Positions 27,789-37,483 of a stretch of 64,000 bases of DNA are shown here, one piece after another (the stretch's first letter is position 1; the number at the start of each line of letters is the position of its first letter). The DNA is taken from sequence record PQ462667.1; one strand, written 5' to 3'. This DNA comes from Escherichia phage HMD-P3. Made by a program: the position numbers and the translations under genes. The notes under the pieces are model-generated. The model saw only the letters and a program-made list of their open reading frames with translations. It ran no database searches and had not been told where the DNA came from.

Positions 27789-28766
27789 ATGAGAATATTA
27801 TTTAGTGCTGATCATCATATCAAACTAGGACAAGATAAGGTTCCAAAGGAATGGCAGAAGCGTCGCTTCCTGATGCTAGGAGAACGGTTAAATGATATAT
27901 TCCATAATCATAACTGTGATCTTCATATTGCTGGTGGTGATATACTTGATATTGCCGACCCGTCGTCAGAAGAAATAGAACTGCTTGAACAGTTCATGTC
28001 AAGACTTGACCATCCAGGCAAAATCTTTACTGGAAATCATGAAATGTTAACTAAAACCATTTCATGCCTATATCATTATGCAGGAGTTATTAATAAAGTA
28101 ACGAGCGGGAAGTGGGAAGTAATTACCAAACCATATCGTTCCCCTGAATTTGATATTGTTCCGTATGATGAGATCCATAAGTCTAAGTGGAAACCATCTG
28201 AATCAAAACTATGTTTCACGCATGTTCGTGGTGAAATCCCTCCACATGTAAAACCAGAAATTGATCTAACTAAGTACAACTGTTATGATACTGTAATTGC
28301 TGGCGATTTACATTCTTATACTAATAGCCAGACTATCGGATCTACTAGACTCCTCTACCCAGGCTCTCCATTAACTACATCGTTCCATAGAGAACGCACA
28401 AAAGGTACAAATGGTTGCTTTATCATTGATACCGATACATTAAAAGTAGAATGGATTGAACTTGGTGATTTGCCACAACTGATTCGTAAAACAATCGGAG
28501 CTGGTGAAGAGATGGAACCTAGCGATTATGATCGTGTAGTCTATGAAGTTACTGGTGACGTTGTTCAATTAAAGTCTATCAAAGACTCTGATTTATTAGA
28601 TAAGAAGATTAACCATCGAGTTACTAAAGACGCTAAGTTAAATCTTGTTGATCTTGATATGTTAGGTGAACTTGAACTTTACTTCCGTGAAGTCGAGAAG
28701 CTATCTCAAGGCGACATTGATAGAATCTTGGCTAGAGCTGCGAAATATGTCAAAGATTACAATTAA
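27789..28766 (+). CDS. SbcD/Mre11-like nuclease (T5 D12-like)
   Basis: Calcineurin-like phosphoesterase motifs: DHH near the N-terminus, GGDILD, GNHE. Confidence 0.8.
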   Translation: MRILFSADHHIKLGQDKVPKEWQKRRFLMLGERLNDIFHNHNCDLHIAGGDILDIADPSSEEIELLEQFMSRLDHPGKIFTGNHEMLTKTISCLYHYAGVINKVTSGKWEVITKPYRSPEFDIVPYDEIHKSKWKPSESKLCFTHVRGEIPPHVKPEIDLTKYNCYDTVIAGDLHSYTNSQTIGSTRLLYPGSPLTTSFHRERTKGTNGCFIIDTDTLKVEWIELGDLPQLIRKTIGAGEEMEPSDYDRVVYEVTGDVVQLKSIKDSDLLDKKINHRVTKDAKLNLVDLDMLGELELYFREVEKLSQGDIDRILARAAKYVKDYN

Positions 28767-30585
28767 GACACTAAAATTTAGTAACGTTATGTCTTACGGT
28801 AAGGACATCGTAATTCATTTCGATAAGAATCCAGTTACTCAACTAATTGGTGGCAATGGGCTAGGGAAATCCACTATTGCTACTGTTATTGAAGAACTAT
28901 TCTATAATAAGAACTCACGCGGTATTAAGAAGGATGCCCTGTTCTCTTGGTCTTCTCCGAAGAAAGAGTATGATATGCATGCTTACTTCTCAAAAGATGA
29001 AGATGAGTATGAATTGCATAAAGTAGTTAAATCAACTGCTAAAGTAACTCTTATTAAGAATGGAGAAGATATTAGTGGCCACACGGCAACTCAAACATAC
29101 AAGATGATTGAAGAGATTATGGGTGGTGACTTCCAAACATTCACCAAACTGATTTATCAATCAGTGGGTTCCAATCTAGACTTTCTAAAAGCAACAGACG
29201 CAACACGTAAGGCTTTTCTTGTTAACTTGTTCAATCAAGAACAGTACAAAGAAATGTCAGAAACTATTAAGGCTGACCGTAAAGAAATAGCAAATACCTT
29301 AAATAATTTGCAGGGCCAAATGGCTGTAATTACGAAAATCCTTAATGGAAAGAATAACCTGGGAACTTTGCAAGAACCAGTCGAAGTGCCTGAGTTTGAT
29401 GAAGAGCCATTAGCACAAGAACTTACTGAATCGAAAATTAAGGCGGCATTAGCCAAGTCTCAAGAGGCTAATATTACTAAATTGCGTAATTTGGACAAAG
29501 CTGTACAAGTTGCCGAACAATCTTTCGAGCCTTTCAAAAATTTACCCGCGCCCACTGACCAAAATGAAGAGATCTCGAGTGTTACGCGTGACCTAACGAT
29601 TGTGACCTCACGTGCGGGCGAAGTCAAGAAACGTTATCAGAAGTTCAAGCAAGAAGCTTCAAATACTAAATGTCCTACTTGTGGTACTCATCTGGATACA
29701 ACTGCTGCTCAAAAAGCAATGGATATGGCCAGAATAGAATATGACCCACTGTTCAAAGAGAAGCAATCTCTTGAAGCTAAGCTAGAACAGTTGAAGAAAG
29801 AACAACTTGAGTACGTTGCGTATACTAGAGCAAAGGATGCTTTGGATAAAGCAGTAGCAGCTAGAGATGAGTTCAAAAACTCAATGAGTGATGCTTCTTT
29901 TGAAGAACTCAATGTGCAAATCCTACAGGTGCAAATCCGACAATTAGAACAGGAAATCGCTGATGGCCGTTCTAAAGTTGCAATTGCCAAAGAGCATAAT
30001 GCAAATGTCGAATTAGCCAATGCAAAATATAAAGCGAAACTAGAACAGATTGAGAAAGCTGAGGCAGAAATGTCTGAGATTACTTCCAAACTGGATGGAG
30101 TATCAGAAGCTGTTGCTGATCTCGATATTCTGATCGCCGCATTGAAAAATCTGGTAGGGTATAAACTAGAACATAGTGTGAAAGTATTTGAAGAACTAAT
30201 TAATAAATACCTTTCTATTATGACTGGTGGTAAGTTCGCACTTGGATTTGAACTTGATGAAACGAAATTACAAGTAGTAATCTTCAATGATGGAAACCGT
30301 ACTAGTATGGAGAACTGCTCTACTGGTCAGCAAAGTCGAATTAATCTAGCAACTCTGTTAGCTATTCGGATGCTACTAACATCTATTAGTAAAGTTAATA
30401 TTAATCTTCTATTCCTTGATGAAGTAATTAGCTTTATTGATACGAAAGGACTTGACACTCTTGTTGAATTATTAAATGAGGAAGAAAGTCTAAATTCTAT
30501 CATTGTTTCTCATGGGCATACGCATCCATTGGCCCATAAGATTACTGTCAAAAAAGATGCAGAAGGATTTTCCTACTTAGAATAA
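28747..30585 (+). CDS. SbcC/Rad50-like ATPase (T5 D13-like)
   Basis: Walker A GGNGLGKST, long coiled-coil with CPTCG zinc hook, Walker B/D-loop LLFLDEVISFID. Start set at ATG 28747 (MSKITIKTLKFSN), overlapping sbcD by 20 nt. Confidence 0.8.
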   Translation: MSKITIKTLKFSNVMSYGKDIVIHFDKNPVTQLIGGNGLGKSTIATVIEELFYNKNSRGIKKDALFSWSSPKKEYDMHAYFSKDEDEYELHKVVKSTAKVTLIKNGEDISGHTATQTYKMIEEIMGGDFQTFTKLIYQSVGSNLDFLKATDATRKAFLVNLFNQEQYKEMSETIKADRKEIANTLNNLQGQMAVITKILNGKNNLGTLQEPVEVPEFDEEPLAQELTESKIKAALAKSQEANITKLRNLDKAVQVAEQSFEPFKNLPAPTDQNEEISSVTRDLTIVTSRAGEVKKRYQKFKQEASNTKCPTCGTHLDTTAAQKAMDMARIEYDPLFKEKQSLEAKLEQLKKEQLEYVAYTRAKDALDKAVAARDEFKNSMSDASFEELNVQILQVQIRQLEQEIADGRSKVAIAKEHNANVELANAKYKAKLEQIEKAEAEMSEITSKLDGVSEAVADLDILIAALKNLVGYKLEHSVKVFEELINKYLSIMTGGKFALGFELDETKLQVVIFNDGNRTSMENCSTGQQSRINLATLLAIRMLLTSISKVNINLLFLDEVISFIDTKGLDTLVELLNEEESLNSIIVSHGHTHPLAHKITVKKDAEGFSYLE

Positions 30586-30588
30586 AAC

Positions 30589-31071
30589 ATGGCTGTAGAT
30601 AGTAGAGAGAAAGGTAAACGCGGTGAATATCAGGTAAGAGATATTCTACGTGAGCGTACAGGTCTTGAGTGGGAACGTGTTCCTGGCTCTGGTGCTTTTG
30701 GCCAGAGCCACGGACTGAAAGGTGACATCTACCTTCCACCACAAAGCGGACACATTAGTAAATACTGCTTCGAAGTTAAGTGGTATAAAGATGATAATAT
30801 ATCAAGTAATTTATTTAATGTTGGTGAATCCACTCTAGAGAAGTGGTGGCAGCAGTGCTCACGTGAAGGTGAGCAGATGAACTCCAAACCTGCATTAATA
30901 TTCAAAAAAGACAGAGGACAGTGGTTAATAGCTTTGGATAGCTCAGACCCGATGGTTGACAACTTAATGAGTCGTACCCATATGGTGTTAAATAAGAAAG
31001 ACATGGAAATCGTAATTGGTTTATTTGAGCCGTGGCTACATCATGCATCTGTTGAGGACTTAATTAAATAA
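30589..31071 (+). CDS. putative PD-(D/E)xK nuclease / Holliday-junction-resolvase-like protein (T5 D14 position)
   Basis: 160 aa; GDIY...FEVKWYK resembles a D...E-x-K nuclease motif; located between sbcC-like and FEN genes. Confidence 0.4.
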   Translation: MAVDSREKGKRGEYQVRDILRERTGLEWERVPGSGAFGQSHGLKGDIYLPPQSGHISKYCFEVKWYKDDNISSNLFNVGESTLEKWWQQCSREGEQMNSKPALIFKKDRGQWLIALDSSDPMVDNLMSRTHMVLNKKDMEIVIGLFEPWLHHASVEDLIK

Positions 31072-31946
31072 TGAGTAAATCCTGGGGAAAATTTATTGAA
31101 GAAGAGGAAGCTGAAATGGCTTCCCGTCGTAACCTAATGATTGTTGATGGAACTAACTTAGGCTTTCGCTTCAAGCATAATAACAGTAAAAAACCATTTG
31201 CCTCAAGTTATGTTTCCACTATTCAGTCTCTAGCAAAATCTTATTCCGCTAGAACTACAATAGTTTTAGGAGATAAAGGGAAGTCTGCATTCCGCTTAGA
31301 GCATCTCCCTGAGTATAAAGGGAATCGAGATGAGAAATACTCGCAGCGTACGGAAGAGGAGAAAGCGTTAGATGAGCAGTTCTTCGAGTATTTGAAAGAT
31401 GCTTTCGAACTATGTGAAACTACATTCCCAACATTCACTATTCGTGGTGTAGAAGCAGATGATATGGCGGCTTATATCGTTAAACTCATTGGACATCTTT
31501 ATGATCATGTTTGGCTAATTTCTACCGATGGTGACTGGGATACTTTATTAACTGATAAAGTTTCTCGCTTCTCTTTCACAACACGTCGTGAATATCATCT
31601 TCGTGATATGTATGAGCATCATAATGTTGACGATGTAGAGCAGTTTATCTCTCTGAAAGCAATTATGGGTGATTTAGGAGATAATATCCGAGGTGTTGAA
31701 GGTATTGGGGCAAAACGCGGATATAATATTATTCGTGAATTTGGTAATGTTCTGGATATTATTGATCAGCTTCCATTGCCTGGAAAACAGAAATATATAC
31801 AGAATTTAAATGCTTCGGAAGAATTGCTTTATCGAAACCTAATTCTGGTTGATTTACCTACCTACTGTGTGGATGCTATTGCTGCTGTAGGTCAAGATGT
31901 ATTAGATAAGTTTACAAAAGATATTTTGGAGATTGCAGAACAATGA
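31071..31946 (+). CDS. flap endonuclease / 5-3 exonuclease (T5 D15-like)
   Basis: 291 aa; N-terminus MSKSWGKFIEEEEAEMASRRNLMIVDGTNLGFRF and acidic metal-binding residues typical of FEN; very close to my recollection of the T5 enzyme. Confidence 0.9.
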   Translation: MSKSWGKFIEEEEAEMASRRNLMIVDGTNLGFRFKHNNSKKPFASSYVSTIQSLAKSYSARTTIVLGDKGKSAFRLEHLPEYKGNRDEKYSQRTEEEKALDEQFFEYLKDAFELCETTFPTFTIRGVEADDMAAYIVKLIGHLYDHVWLISTDGDWDTLLTDKVSRFSFTTRREYHLRDMYEHHNVDDVEQFISLKAIMGDLGDNIRGVEGIGAKRGYNIIREFGNVLDIIDQLPLPGKQKYIQNLNASEELLYRNLILVDLPTYCVDAIAAVGQDVLDKFTKDILEIAEQ

Positions 31947-32389
31947 TTAAAATTAAATTAACTCATCCAGATTGTATGCCTAAGATTGGTTCCGAAGACG
32001 CCGCAGGTATGGATCTGCGTGCATTCTTTGGTACTAACCCTGCTGCAGATTTACGTGCTATTGCACCAGGTAAATCCCTAATGATTGACACCGGTGTCGC
32101 GGTGGAAATTCCGCGAGGTTGGTTCGGTTTGGTAGTTCCTCGCAGCTCTCTAGGTAAGCGTCATCTGATGATCGCAAATACCGCAGGAGTGATCGACTCA
32201 GACTATCGTGGAACTATTAAGATGAACCTTTATAACTACGGTTCTGAAATTCAAACTCTGGAAAATTTTGAAAGACTTTGCCAGTTGGTAGTAGTACCAC
32301 ACTACTCAACACATAATTTTGAAATTGTTGATGAACTAGGAGAAACTGATCGTGGAGAAGGTGGATTTGGAAGTTCAGGAAGTAAATAA
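31943..32389 (+). CDS. dut: dUTPase
   Basis: 148 aa; dUTPase motifs VPRSSLG and IDSDYRG. Confidence 0.9.
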   Translation: MIKIKLTHPDCMPKIGSEDAAGMDLRAFFGTNPAADLRAIAPGKSLMIDTGVAVEIPRGWFGLVVPRSSLGKRHLMIANTAGVIDSDYRGTIKMNLYNYGSEIQTLENFERLCQLVVVPHYSTHNFEIVDELGETDRGEGGFGSSGSK

Positions 32390-32414
32390 TCTACATATCA
32401 AATAAATAATAAAC

Positions 32415-32449
32415 CCCAATGGACAAAATCCATTGGGGTTTTCTTTTAT
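32415..32449. terminator. bidirectional rho-independent terminator between convergent early (+) and late (-) units
   Basis: 10-bp stem CCCCAATGGA / TCCATTGGGG with loop CAAAA, A-run upstream and T-run downstream. Confidence 0.75.
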
Positions 32450-34602
32450 TGTGATACTAGTTGTACCTTTAATTGCTCAAGCTCTTTCTCCAGATCTTCA
32501 ATCCTTTTAATAAGATCTTGCACAACATGCATAGTGTCAAGAAGCATTGGAGTTGTATCTAATTCCTTTTGTTCCTGCTCTACTCCGTCATCATTATAGA
32601 ATCTTCTGGTCTTTACATAGAGGGGCTCTATAGTCTCTACTTGCTGCGCAATAACCCCACGTCGGATACGAGATTTTTCATCGTTATTATATATAAAGGA
32701 CTGGAATTCTAATCCTTTTAATACCTCGATGGACTTAGTTGCATCTATAGCTTTAATATCATGCTTTAAACGAGAATCAGATATAGCATTTAACTGCAGA
32801 GTATACGTTGCTGCGCCATTGGGCCACCAAGAATAGAAATAAATACTATTATTGTTTGGCTGAATTTTTAAACGTACACCATATTTGTTATCCGCGTCTC
32901 CCGATACGTGCCAGCAAGAATCAGCAAAGGAACCCAAGTCATTATGAATTAATCCAAAATGTGCAGATGTTTTATACCCCGCAGTAGAATACTGGGAACC
33001 ACTCAAAATACTATTAAAATTAAATGTACTGCCTATATTCGCTTCGCTCTGAGAAAAAGTACCTTGTACCCAGCCTGTCTGAGACCACGCCATACCAGTT
33101 ACTAGTCTAGCTTCAAAACGATCCGCTACAAAATTCCCAGTATCTACAAGCTGGGCGGAACTCGATTTACCAGTAGATTTATTTTCTATTAGTAGCTCAG
33201 TAGAGTAGTTGCCATCAATAGTAGCTTTAGCACGTAATGTACTTACAGCTTCACTACTAGTACCTACTTTATACTCAGATAGTACACTCCCGCCATAAAC
33301 AGTAGTACTAGCAGAAGGTTTGACAGCATCGCCATTAATGACACTCCACGAGGTATTCGCAGCCACGAATCCACCAGAAGCACGGATTACCCATACACCG
33401 ACAAAGTTTCGTGTAAGGATTTCGTCCTGTGCTGCACCGTAGATAGGGCTTGAGTGTGAGGCGTCAAAATTTAATGTATTATAGCGCCCAGTTAATGCAA
33501 TATTTCCTGTACTGGGGATCGCATCCCCATCCCCATTAGGAAAAATCCCATTATTAACAAAGAATGCACCGGCAGCAGCAGACCCAAATACCTGAGCGTA
33601 GCTAGTACTTGAGTAGCTAGGAACAGTACCTGTTATATTAGGCGCAGCTGATTCAAATAGCTGACCATTTGCACTACTATTCCCACCATCACCACGACCG
33701 TAAAGAGCACGTATTGATCCTTGTTGCACACCGTTCCGATCTGGCACACGGAAAGTAGTTGTGCCATCACCCAAGGAGTATCTGCCACGCTGAAATTTAT
33801 CTGCTAACCAAACTGAATCATCTATGGCCCCAACCATTTGTGCATATGCCCAAAGTTCAGGCCAATCAGCCCTATTAAGGAGCTGTCCGTCAGAAACGAC
33901 TTCGTATGGCTGAATATACGCACGACTATCTCGGAGGTGAAAATCACCAACACCGTAGTTCATAACACCATTCATGGTAGGTCCAACTGTACCAGTGTTA
34001 ATCTTATTCTCTACCCAACGCTTAGTAACAGCATCATAATCATTAACGGGATCTCCAGCAAGTGGAGTAGACCCAATAGGGCGTACATTTAGCCACGCAG
34101 CGGCTCGGTCTGCTAAATCTGATAAATTATTTTCAGATAATAGACTTTCGTCTTTTGTTGGCACATTATAACTTTGTCTAAAAGCTTCTTTTGATACTAC
34201 TCCAGTACCTCCTTGTTCTATAGAAAGTGCAGTGGTTAAACCTGTTAAAGATTTAATAGTTGAGTTGGCACCATCCATGTCTATACTAGCAAATCTTGAC
34301 CATGCAGTCCATGAATTGTAAAAAGATCTACTATATATCTCATTACTATTATAAGGTAAGTAAATTTGAGTACAAGAAGTTGATAAACTGCTTGCATTAT
34401 TTTTTAAGACTAGTAATGTACCTGCAGCTGCAACAGGATAGTTAAGAGAAGTAGGAGAGTTAGCATTTCCAGATTGCCAGTACTTTCCATACACCCTTCC
34501 ATCAAGTGTATTTAAATCTGTTCCTGCAGTAATTAAACCATATACAGGTAATGCGGCTACATCAGTAGCCTTTAAGTTAATTTTATCAATTCTAAGAGCC
34601 AT
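32446..34602 (-). CDS. tail fibre protein with C-terminal intramolecular chaperone (peptidase S74-like) domain
   Basis: 718 aa, Gly/Ser/Thr-rich beta-structure-like body; C-terminal SDSRLKHDIKAID...GVIAQQVE block typical of auto-cleaving chaperone domains of phage fibres. Confidence 0.75.
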   Translation of the reverse strand: MALRIDKINLKATDVAALPVYGLITAGTDLNTLDGRVYGKYWQSGNANSPTSLNYPVAAAGTLLVLKNNASSLSTSCTQIYLPYNSNEIYSRSFYNSWTAWSRFASIDMDGANSTIKSLTGLTTALSIEQGGTGVVSKEAFRQSYNVPTKDESLLSENNLSDLADRAAAWLNVRPIGSTPLAGDPVNDYDAVTKRWVENKINTGTVGPTMNGVMNYGVGDFHLRDSRAYIQPYEVVSDGQLLNRADWPELWAYAQMVGAIDDSVWLADKFQRGRYSLGDGTTTFRVPDRNGVQQGSIRALYGRGDGGNSSANGQLFESAAPNITGTVPSYSSTSYAQVFGSAAAGAFFVNNGIFPNGDGDAIPSTGNIALTGRYNTLNFDASHSSPIYGAAQDEILTRNFVGVWVIRASGGFVAANTSWSVINGDAVKPSASTTVYGGSVLSEYKVGTSSEAVSTLRAKATIDGNYSTELLIENKSTGKSSSAQLVDTGNFVADRFEARLVTGMAWSQTGWVQGTFSQSEANIGSTFNFNSILSGSQYSTAGYKTSAHFGLIHNDLGSFADSCWHVSGDADNKYGVRLKIQPNNNSIYFYSWWPNGAATYTLQLNAISDSRLKHDIKAIDATKSIEVLKGLEFQSFIYNNDEKSRIRRGVIAQQVETIEPLYVKTRRFYNDDGVEQEQKELDTTPMLLDTMHVVQDLIKRIEDLEKELEQLKVQLVSQ

Positions 34603-34611
34603 TTTAATTCC

Positions 34612-34917
34612 TCATGCCCACATGCGAACAGGTGTTTCTGGGTTTACTATAAACTTATCTAGTATAGAGAGATCAAAATCATCAATATTCATAATACGCA
34701 GATTAACGTGATATCCTTCTTGCACTACATACTCAATATCTTCTATATTTTGATACTCTGTTAAGGGTTTTACAGGCTGACTAATAATACCTATAAAATC
34801 AATACTAACATTTTCACAGTATAAACTACCTGTTTCTTCATCTAAACTAAAGCCAAATTTTATCAAATTAATTTTCATTTCATCAGCATTAGTAAATTTT
34901 AGATATAAATCTTTCAT
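34612..34917 (-). CDS. hypothetical protein between the two fibre genes (101 aa)
   Basis: AAGGA RBS; preceded on the minus strand by a GGAGCAT/ATGCTCC hairpin. Confidence 0.5.
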   Translation of the reverse strand: MKDLYLKFTNADEMKINLIKFGFSLDEETGSLYCENVSIDFIGIISQPVKPLTEYQNIEDIEYVVQEGYHVNLRIMNIDDFDLSILDKFIVNPETPVRMWA

Positions 34918-34962
34918 TATAGGATCCTTAATTTATGGGAGCATTATATAATGCTCCTGTAC

Positions 34963-36168
34963 TTACCGTAAGCCATTAATCTGATCATTATTTAAGGCCC
35001 TATACCATACTCGGAAATTCTTAATATGATATACAAATTTAGAAACGGTATAAGGTGGTGGTGTACCTAACCTAGACGGAGTACCTGTCAAACTCACGGG
35101 AGTACTAGTAGATTTAGCAGTTTTACCATTAAAATAGTTGCTTATTTCATCTCCAACTATTTTTTGGACATAGGTCATAGGAGGTAAACTTTCTATATCT
35201 GGAATAGATAAGGTTGGCCCACCACTAGATCTATATGTTATTATAGTGGCACTATCACTGCTATTACAGCGGCAGATAATGTCATTCCTAGAGCCTCTTA
35301 CTTGCATAACTTCTACATAACTAGTATAAGGCCGTACTTTACAATTAAATTCAAAAGATACTGTACGCTCAAAGTAGTCCGCTAGGGTTCTATAGCCGGC
35401 ATTATCTGGTATACACCACCATTCATCTGCTGTTCTAGTAGTAGTGGTATCAGTGCTATTACGGATGTAAGAAGTTGGAGCTATGCCTTCCTCAACCTGT
35501 ATACCCCAGATGTAGAAACCAGAAACACCATCCCCCGGATAGACGGTAACACCAGTAGTTTTAGCCATCTGGAGTCTAAATATAGTATCTTTACTTGTAG
35601 TGGCAGCAAAAGAAAGCCAAATTCTATATATACCTCCAGTTAGTCTCTCATATCCCCCTCTAATATTACTAGCAGAACCACTTGTAGTAACAGTTTCATT
35701 TTTAATATCAAAAAACATGCCCGCTGTTGTACCGGAAGCTACACGTAGGTATACTAAACGATTTGCAGTATCATCTTTAACATAAGCAGAATAGCAATAA
35801 AAAGTATCAGCAGTCAAAGATATAAATTTATCTTTGGAATAATGCTCGCTGTCATTGGTATTCTCGGTAAACTTAGTCATTAACATTTCGCCAGTCGGAC
35901 AAGCCGAAGCATTAGGAGTTGTAATAACTGTACTACTTCCAGTAATTTCTTCTGAATTAGTATATAAATTAGTGCACTGGGACTCCATTAATAAACCTTG
36001 CTTTTCAAATCTAGGTTCATTAATATCTGCAAAACACATTTTACCACTTTTATCTATATAACTGGCGGTAGTTGAGCGAGTAAAATTTGCAGATTTTGTT
36101 GGTAATTCCAGAGTTACATCATTAATTGTTGCTAAATCGTAAGGGGCCATACCAGATAATAATCTCAT
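34963..36168 (-). CDS. lateral tail fibre protein, C-terminal (distal, probably receptor-binding) segment; ORF artificially separated from 36390..37058
   Basis: The reading frame is actually open upstream to 36384 without a start codon and continues the Ala-rich heptad repeats of the upstream ORF. Confidence 0.6.
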   Translation of the reverse strand: MRLLSGMAPYDLATINDVTLELPTKSANFTRSTTASYIDKSGKMCFADINEPRFEKQGLLMESQCTNLYTNSEEITGSSTVITTPNASACPTGEMLMTKFTENTNDSEHYSKDKFISLTADTFYCYSAYVKDDTANRLVYLRVASGTTAGMFFDIKNETVTTSGSASNIRGGYERLTGGIYRIWLSFAATTSKDTIFRLQMAKTTGVTVYPGDGVSGFYIWGIQVEEGIAPTSYIRNSTDTTTTRTADEWWCIPDNAGYRTLADYFERTVSFEFNCKVRPYTSYVEVMQVRGSRNDIICRCNSSDSATIITYRSSGGPTLSIPDIESLPPMTYVQKIVGDEISNYFNGKTAKSTSTPVSLTGTPSRLGTPPPYTVSKFVYHIKNFRVWYRALNNDQINGLR

Positions 36169-36389
36169 ATCATCAGTTAAAGGTACCCAAACATCCGGAT
36201 AGGGGACAGGTTCATATATAATAATACTAGCAGCAGAGGCAGCAGCAGCGGCTTCAGAAGCTTTAGCATTAATTTCAGAAGCTTTAGCATTAGTCTCTGA
36301 AGCTTTAGCATTAGTCTCAGAAGTTTTTGCTGCTGTTTGTGAAGCTGCTGCTGCATTTTTACTTGCTAATGCATCAGCGGCACTTCAAT

Positions 36390-37058
36390 TTAATGATACG
36401 GCGACCACCGAGATCTACACCTGAGGAAACACTCTTTCCCTACACGACGCTCTTCCGATCTAGCTGCCGCTAATTCGGAAGCTTTAGCATTAGTTTCAGA
36501 AGTCTTAGCATTAGTCTCAGAAGTTTTTGCTGCTGTTTGTGAAGCTGCTGCTGCATTTTTACTTGCTAATGCATTAGTCTCACTAGTTTTAGCATTAGTC
36601 TCGGAGGCTTTAGCTTTTGTTTCACTAGTCTTAGCATTAGTTTCTGATACTTTTGCATTAGTCTCTGAGGTTTTAGCCTTAGTTTCACTAGCTTTCGCAT
36701 TAGTCTCAGATACTTTAGCTGCTGCGGCTGATTCTGCAGATCTATCCGCTGATGCAGCAGATTGAGTAGCAGATGTAGCGGACTGAGTAGCAGAAGTTTC
36801 AGAAGCTCCAGCAGAAATAGCTGCTTCCTGTTCAGAGTTCTTAGCGTTAAGCTCCGAAGTTTTAGCCGCTATCTCAGAATCTTTTGCAGCTGCAGCAGAC
36901 TTAGCTGCTGCTTCAATAGAAGATACTAACTCACTTGCAGTAATAGAGCTAATAGAATTACCTAGAGTTACTGTATATCTAGGAAACTTACTAGCAGTAG
37001 CTTTAGTATCATCAATATTTAATATTTGTTGTACAATAATTTTAGTAGTTACTGCCAT
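36390..37058 (-). CDS. lateral tail fibre protein, N-terminal segment; C-terminal 20-odd residues are translated adapter
   Basis: Ala-rich repeats (SETNAKTSETKAK...); ORF ends ...SEERRVGKECFLRCRSRWSPYH, which is the reverse-complement translation of the adapter at 36392..36461. Confidence 0.6.
   Translation of the reverse strand: MAVTTKIIVQQILNIDDTKATASKFPRYTVTLGNSISSITASELVSSIEAAAKSAAAAKDSEIAAKTSELNAKNSEQEAAISAGASETSATQSATSATQSAASADRSAESAAAAKVSETNAKASETKAKTSETNAKVSETNAKTSETKAKASETNAKTSETNALASKNAAAASQTAAKTSETNAKTSETNAKASELAAARSEERRVGKECFLRCRSRWSPYH
36392..36461. other. embedded Illumina universal (P5) adapter sequence - assembly/library artefact
   Basis: AATGATACGGCGACCACCGAGATCTACAC + 8-nt index CTGAGGAA + ACACTCTTTCCCTACACGACGCTCTTCCGATCT, read directly from the sequence. 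Confidence 0.97.
36470..36760. repeat. tandem 21-bp coding repeats (heptad repeats of the fibre shaft)
   Basis: Successive 21-nt units of the form GCTTTAGCATTAGTCTCAGAA encoding (S/T)ETNAK(A/T) repeats on the minus strand. Confidence 0.7.
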
Positions 37059-37480
37059 TATTTAGTTACCCCATCACTGATAAATACTTTACCCTCCATT
37101 ATACGAAAGGAGCTAATTGCAGATCCTATAATATCTCTAGTCATAATTATATCATAGTATCCCGCAAATCTCTGACGAGGATTATATTTATCTCTATCTT
37201 TAGATGCCTTAGCTCCTATATTTTCCACAGATTCTACTGGCAAACTTATAGCTACAGCCCCCTGAGCAGCATCAATAATATTAGTAGTAAAGGATGCTAA
37301 TATCTCCGCATTCTCATCTAGGCTATTTTTTATAGTACCCCTTAGAGAGTACCCAGTTAAGTTAACAGGGGTATTTGTAGGTGGATAAGTACTATCATCA
37401 ACATCTAAGAACTGCATCATTAAACCATAAGGTACTTTTTCATCTATTACTAAGTCTATAACTCTATTTTCAGTACTCAT
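37058..37480 (-). CDS. collar / fibre-attachment protein (T5 p132-like)
   Basis: 140 aa ORF directly upstream of the fibre genes and downstream of the pb4-like gene; assignment by size and synteny only. Confidence 0.55.
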   Translation of the reverse strand: MSTENRVIDLVIDEKVPYGLMMQFLDVDDSTYPPTNTPVNLTGYSLRGTIKNSLDENAEILASFTTNIIDAAQGAVAISLPVESVENIGAKASKDRDKYNPRQRFAGYYDIIMTRDIIGSAISSFRIMEGKVFISDGVTK

Positions 37481-37483
37481 TAT

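Noticed and set aside
29709-30287. 192-aa minus-strand ORF inside the SbcC-like gene
   Set aside because: Antisense shadow ORF within the coiled-coil coding region of a confidently assigned gene.
36470-36760. Regular 21-bp tandem repeats that could superficially suggest a repeat array
   Set aside because: They lie inside an open reading frame and encode heptad repeats of a fibre shaft; there are no unique spacers and no cas genes, so this is not a CRISPR array.
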